In this document: in pieces, positions 29,565-32,000 of the stretch
Layout of the letters: the number at the start of each line of letters is the position of its first letter
Position numbering within the stretch: the first letter of the stretch is position 1
NCBI RefSeq assembly: GCF_001457615.1
Contig: NZ_LN831024.1
Span: 4,350,001-4,382,000 of the forward strand
Direction of reading: 5' to 3'
DNA length: 32,000 nucleotides
Source of the DNA: Pseudomonas aeruginosa
Lineage (GTDB): Bacteria; Pseudomonadota; Gammaproteobacteria; Pseudomonadales; Pseudomonadaceae
Program-made: the position numbers and the translations under genes
The notes under the pieces: model-generated
Seen by the model: only the letters and a program-made list of their open reading frames with translations
Told to the model about the DNA's origin: nothing
The model's database searches: none

Positions 29565-30484
29565 TCAGTTCAGGACGCCGGCCGGAGGCGGCGGCGGAGC
29601 GCTGCGCCACTGGCTGATGGCGACGCCGATGAAGACCAGGCCGGCAGCGAGCATCTGCGGGCCGTTGAGGGTTTCGCCGAGGAACAGCGCGGCGAATACC
29701 AGGGTGAAGACCGGGATCAGGTTGATGAAGCCCGAGGCCTGGCTGGCCGGCAGTCGACCGACGCCGAAGTTGTACAGGCCGTAGGCGCCCACCGTGACCA
29801 CCACGCCGAGATACACCACCGCCTGGATCCCCAGCGCGCTGGGCTGGCTCGGCAGGTCGGCGCTGGCCAGCGCCAGCGGCAGGAAGAACAGCGTGCCGAC
29901 GAAGGCCTGCATGGCGGTCAGGGCGAATGCCGAGTAGCGCGCCGAAAGGTGCTTCAGCAACAGGGTATAGCCGGTGGCGCAGAGCATCGCGAGAAGTTCG
30001 AAGAAGTTGCCCAGCAGCGGCTGCGGCGCGTGCAGGTCGGGCTCGCCGGCGAGGCTCAGCCAGATCGAACCGAGCACCGCCAGGCCAAAGCCGATCCAGG
30101 TCATCCGGCCGATCCGTTCGTGCAGCAGCAACCAGGCCCCACCGCCACCAGCAACGGCAGCAGCGCGGTGATCATCCCGGCCTGGGCCGCGCTGGTGTAT
30201 TGCAGGGCGAAGGATTCGCAGAGGAAGTACAGGCAGGGTTCGCAGACGGCCAGGCCGAGCAGGTACTTCCAGTCGCCCGGGCGGTAGTCGATGCGTCCGC
30301 GCCAGCGCCAGGCAACGAGGAACACCAGGCTGCCGAGGGCCATGCGACCGAAGATCACCCAGAGCGGCGGCAGTTCGCGGAAAGCGACCTTCAGCACCAC
30401 GTACGAACTGCCCCACAGCGCCATCGCCAGGATCAGGCAGGCCAGGGCGAACCAGCGCGTCCGAGTCAAGGGAATCTCCACCAC
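29565..30484 (-). pseudogene. DMT/EamA-family transporter, interrupted by a 1-nt frameshift (or sequencing error)
   Basis: The N-terminal half is in one frame (MVEIPLTRTRWFALACLILAMALWGSSYVVLKVAF...MITALLPLLVAVG). The C-terminal half is in another frame (AWLLLHERIGRMTWIGFGLAVLGSIWLS...). The frames join at the CCCC run 30137..30140; one added base would give a 306 aa protein. Confidence 0.88.
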
Positions 30485-30582
30485 GGGCGCCGCCGCGGCG
30501 CCGGAAAAAGGACTCCCAGTATAGGCAGCCGGCTAGCTGCGCCGACAGGCACAGAAAGCGGGCAAAACTGTTGCGCCGGGCC

Positions 30583-30930
30583 TCACTGCTCCCAGGGCTT
30601 GCCGCGAGTCTTCTTCTCCAGCGGCAACTGCTGCAGCACCGCGGCCTTGGCCAGCATGTAGGCGCTGACCGGGGCGCTGATGAAGAGGAACAGGCTGATC
30701 AGCAATTCGTGCAGGCTGATGCCCGCCTGGCGGTTGGAGAAATAGATCAGCGAGGCGACGATCACCCCGCCGACCCCGAGGGTGGTGGCCTTGGTCGGCC
30801 CGTGCAGGCGCATGAAGAAGTCCGGCAGGCGGTACAGGCCGATCGCGCCGATCAGGACGAAGGCGCTGCCCAGCAGGAGGAACGCCGAGACGATGATTTC
30901 CAGCCACAGGCTCAGGGGTTCGCCAGTCAT
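30583..30930 (-). CDS. phaG: Monovalent cation/H+ antiporter subunit G (Pha/Mnh/Mrp/Sha)
   Basis: 115 aa from MTGEPLSLWLEIIVSAFLLLGSAFVLIGAIGLYRLPDFFMRLHGPTKATTLGVGG. Confidence 0.92.
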   Translation of the reverse strand: MTGEPLSLWLEIIVSAFLLLGSAFVLIGAIGLYRLPDFFMRLHGPTKATTLGVGGVIVASLIYFSNRQAGISLHELLISLFLFISAPVSAYMLAKAAVLQQLPLEKKTRGKPWEQ

Positions 30931-31196
30931 TCGATGATGTCTCCGCGCAGCATGTATTTGGCCACCGCCACCGTACCGACGAAGCCGAGCACCGCGATCA
31001 GCAGCGCCGCCTCGAAGAACAGGTCGCTGTCGCGCCAGATGCCGTACAGCACCAGCAGCGCGATGGCGTTCACGTAGAGGGTGTCCAGCGCCAGCGCCCG
31101 GTCCGGCAGGCACGGCCCCTTGACCAGGCGCGCCAGGGTCAGCAACAGGGCCAGGCCGAGCAGCGCCAGGCACAGCGGGATCACGTAAGCGAGCAT
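30927..31196 (-). CDS. phaF: Monovalent cation/H+ antiporter subunit F
   Basis: 89 aa from MLAYVIPLCLALLGLALLLTLARLVKGPCLPDRALALDTLYVNAIALLVLYG. Confidence 0.92.
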   Translation of the reverse strand: MLAYVIPLCLALLGLALLLTLARLVKGPCLPDRALALDTLYVNAIALLVLYGIWRDSDLFFEAALLIAVLGFVGTVAVAKYMLRGDIIE

Positions 31197-31705
31197 GGGA
31201 AGATCTCCTTCAGCGGCGCTTCGTAGCGTTGCTTGATCTCGGCGATCAGCGCCGCCTTGTCCGGCACGTCGAGGCCGTGCACCAGCAAGGTCTTGCGGTC
31301 GTCGCTGAGGTCCGACGACACCGACCCCGGGGTCAGCGAGACGATGCTCACCAGCACGCTGATGGCGAGGTCGTTCTCCAGCTCGATCGGCACCTCGACG
31401 AAGGCCGGACGCAAGCGCTCGATCGGTCCGAGGGTCAGGCGGGCGACCTGGATGTTGGCGACGAGGATGTCCCACATCACCAGCGCCAGCAGCTTCAGCA
31501 GCAGCAACGGATGCCACTCCTGGCTGCGCCCGACCAGCAGGCGGTTGGTCAGCAGCGGAATGCACACGCCGAGGAAGGCGCCGAGCAGCCAGTGGCCAAT
31601 GGCGAAGGAATCCACCAGCAGCAACCAGACCAGCAACAGCAGGACACTAAGCACGGGATGAGGCAGTACGCGAAGAAGCGGACGCGGCAACGAGCAGCTG
31701 ATCAT
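31181..31705 (-). CDS. phaE: Monovalent cation/H+ antiporter subunit E
   Basis: 174 aa; LGPIERLRPAFVEVPIELENDLAISVLVSIVSLTPGSVSSDLSDDRKTLLVHGLD. Confidence 0.93.
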   Translation of the reverse strand: MISCSLPRPLLRVLPHPVLSVLLLLVWLLLVDSFAIGHWLLGAFLGVCIPLLTNRLLVGRSQEWHPLLLLKLLALVMWDILVANIQVARLTLGPIERLRPAFVEVPIELENDLAISVLVSIVSLTPGSVSSDLSDDRKTLLVHGLDVPDKAALIAEIKQRYEAPLKEIFPCSLT

Positions 31706-32000
31706 GCGGCACCTCCGCGGGTGATGATCTGGCGATACAGGTCGAGGTCGTGCAACTGCGCCGCGGTGGCCTGGACGTAGGCCAGCAGCGGCTTCGCGGC
31801 GAACACCAGCAACGGGCCGGCGGAGAGCAACAGGATGCAGGCGAACAAGCGGCCGTGGTCCAGTTCGGCGCTACCGAGCACGGTATGCCCGGTGCGCCAG
31901 AACAGCGTGCTGCCGGCCCGGCTCAACGCCACCAGCGCCACCAGGCCGCTGCCCAGTACCACGCTCCATAGGGCCAGCGCCTGGCTGCCGGGAGCGACCG
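31702..32000 (-). CDS. phaD: Monovalent cation/H+ antiporter subunit D, C-terminal fragment running off the window
   Basis: The frame stays open to the window edge; translation ends VLGSGLVALVALSRAGSTLFWRTGHT...LDLYRQIITRGGAA*. It overlaps phaE by 4 nt. Confidence 0.85.
   Translation of the reverse strand, partial: VAPGSQALALWSVVLGSGLVALVALSRAGSTLFWRTGHTVLGSAELDHGRLFACILLLSAGPLLVFAAKPLLAYVQATAAQLHDLDLYRQIITRGGAA

Overview
This window looks like Pseudomonas (most likely P. aeruginosa) chromosomal core. It contains, left to right: (1) the start of a flagellin-glycosylation-type island read leftward: StrS/VioA-like aminotransferase, acyl carrier protein, KAS III-like synthase, and the first 24 codons of a probable 3-oxoacyl-ACP reductase that the ORF track does not list; (2) flgL, K, J, I, H, G, F, E, D, C, B on the minus strand, with near-perfect RpoN (sigma-54) -24/-12 elements upstream of flgF and flgB and a weaker one upstream of the aminotransferase; (3) two small conserved hypothetical genes; (4) the branched-chain amino acid transporter braCDEFG on the plus strand; (5) a compact, apparently little-studied gene pair encoding an atypical HSP90/HtpG-like protein and a large TPR-like protein; (6) a LysR regulator divergent from an SDR gene, then DUF488-like, lipoprotein, small hypothetical, GNAT and PLP-dependent cysteine-synthase-family genes, and a DMT-family transporter gene with a 1-nt frameshift; (7) the Pha/Mrp/Sha cation antiporter genes phaG, phaF, phaE and part of phaD. 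I saw no CRISPR array, rRNA, tRNA or mobile element. The best candidates for a second look are the HSP90-like/TPR pair and the aminotransferase/ACP/KAS III/reductase cassette. All family assignments come from reading motifs, not from database searches.
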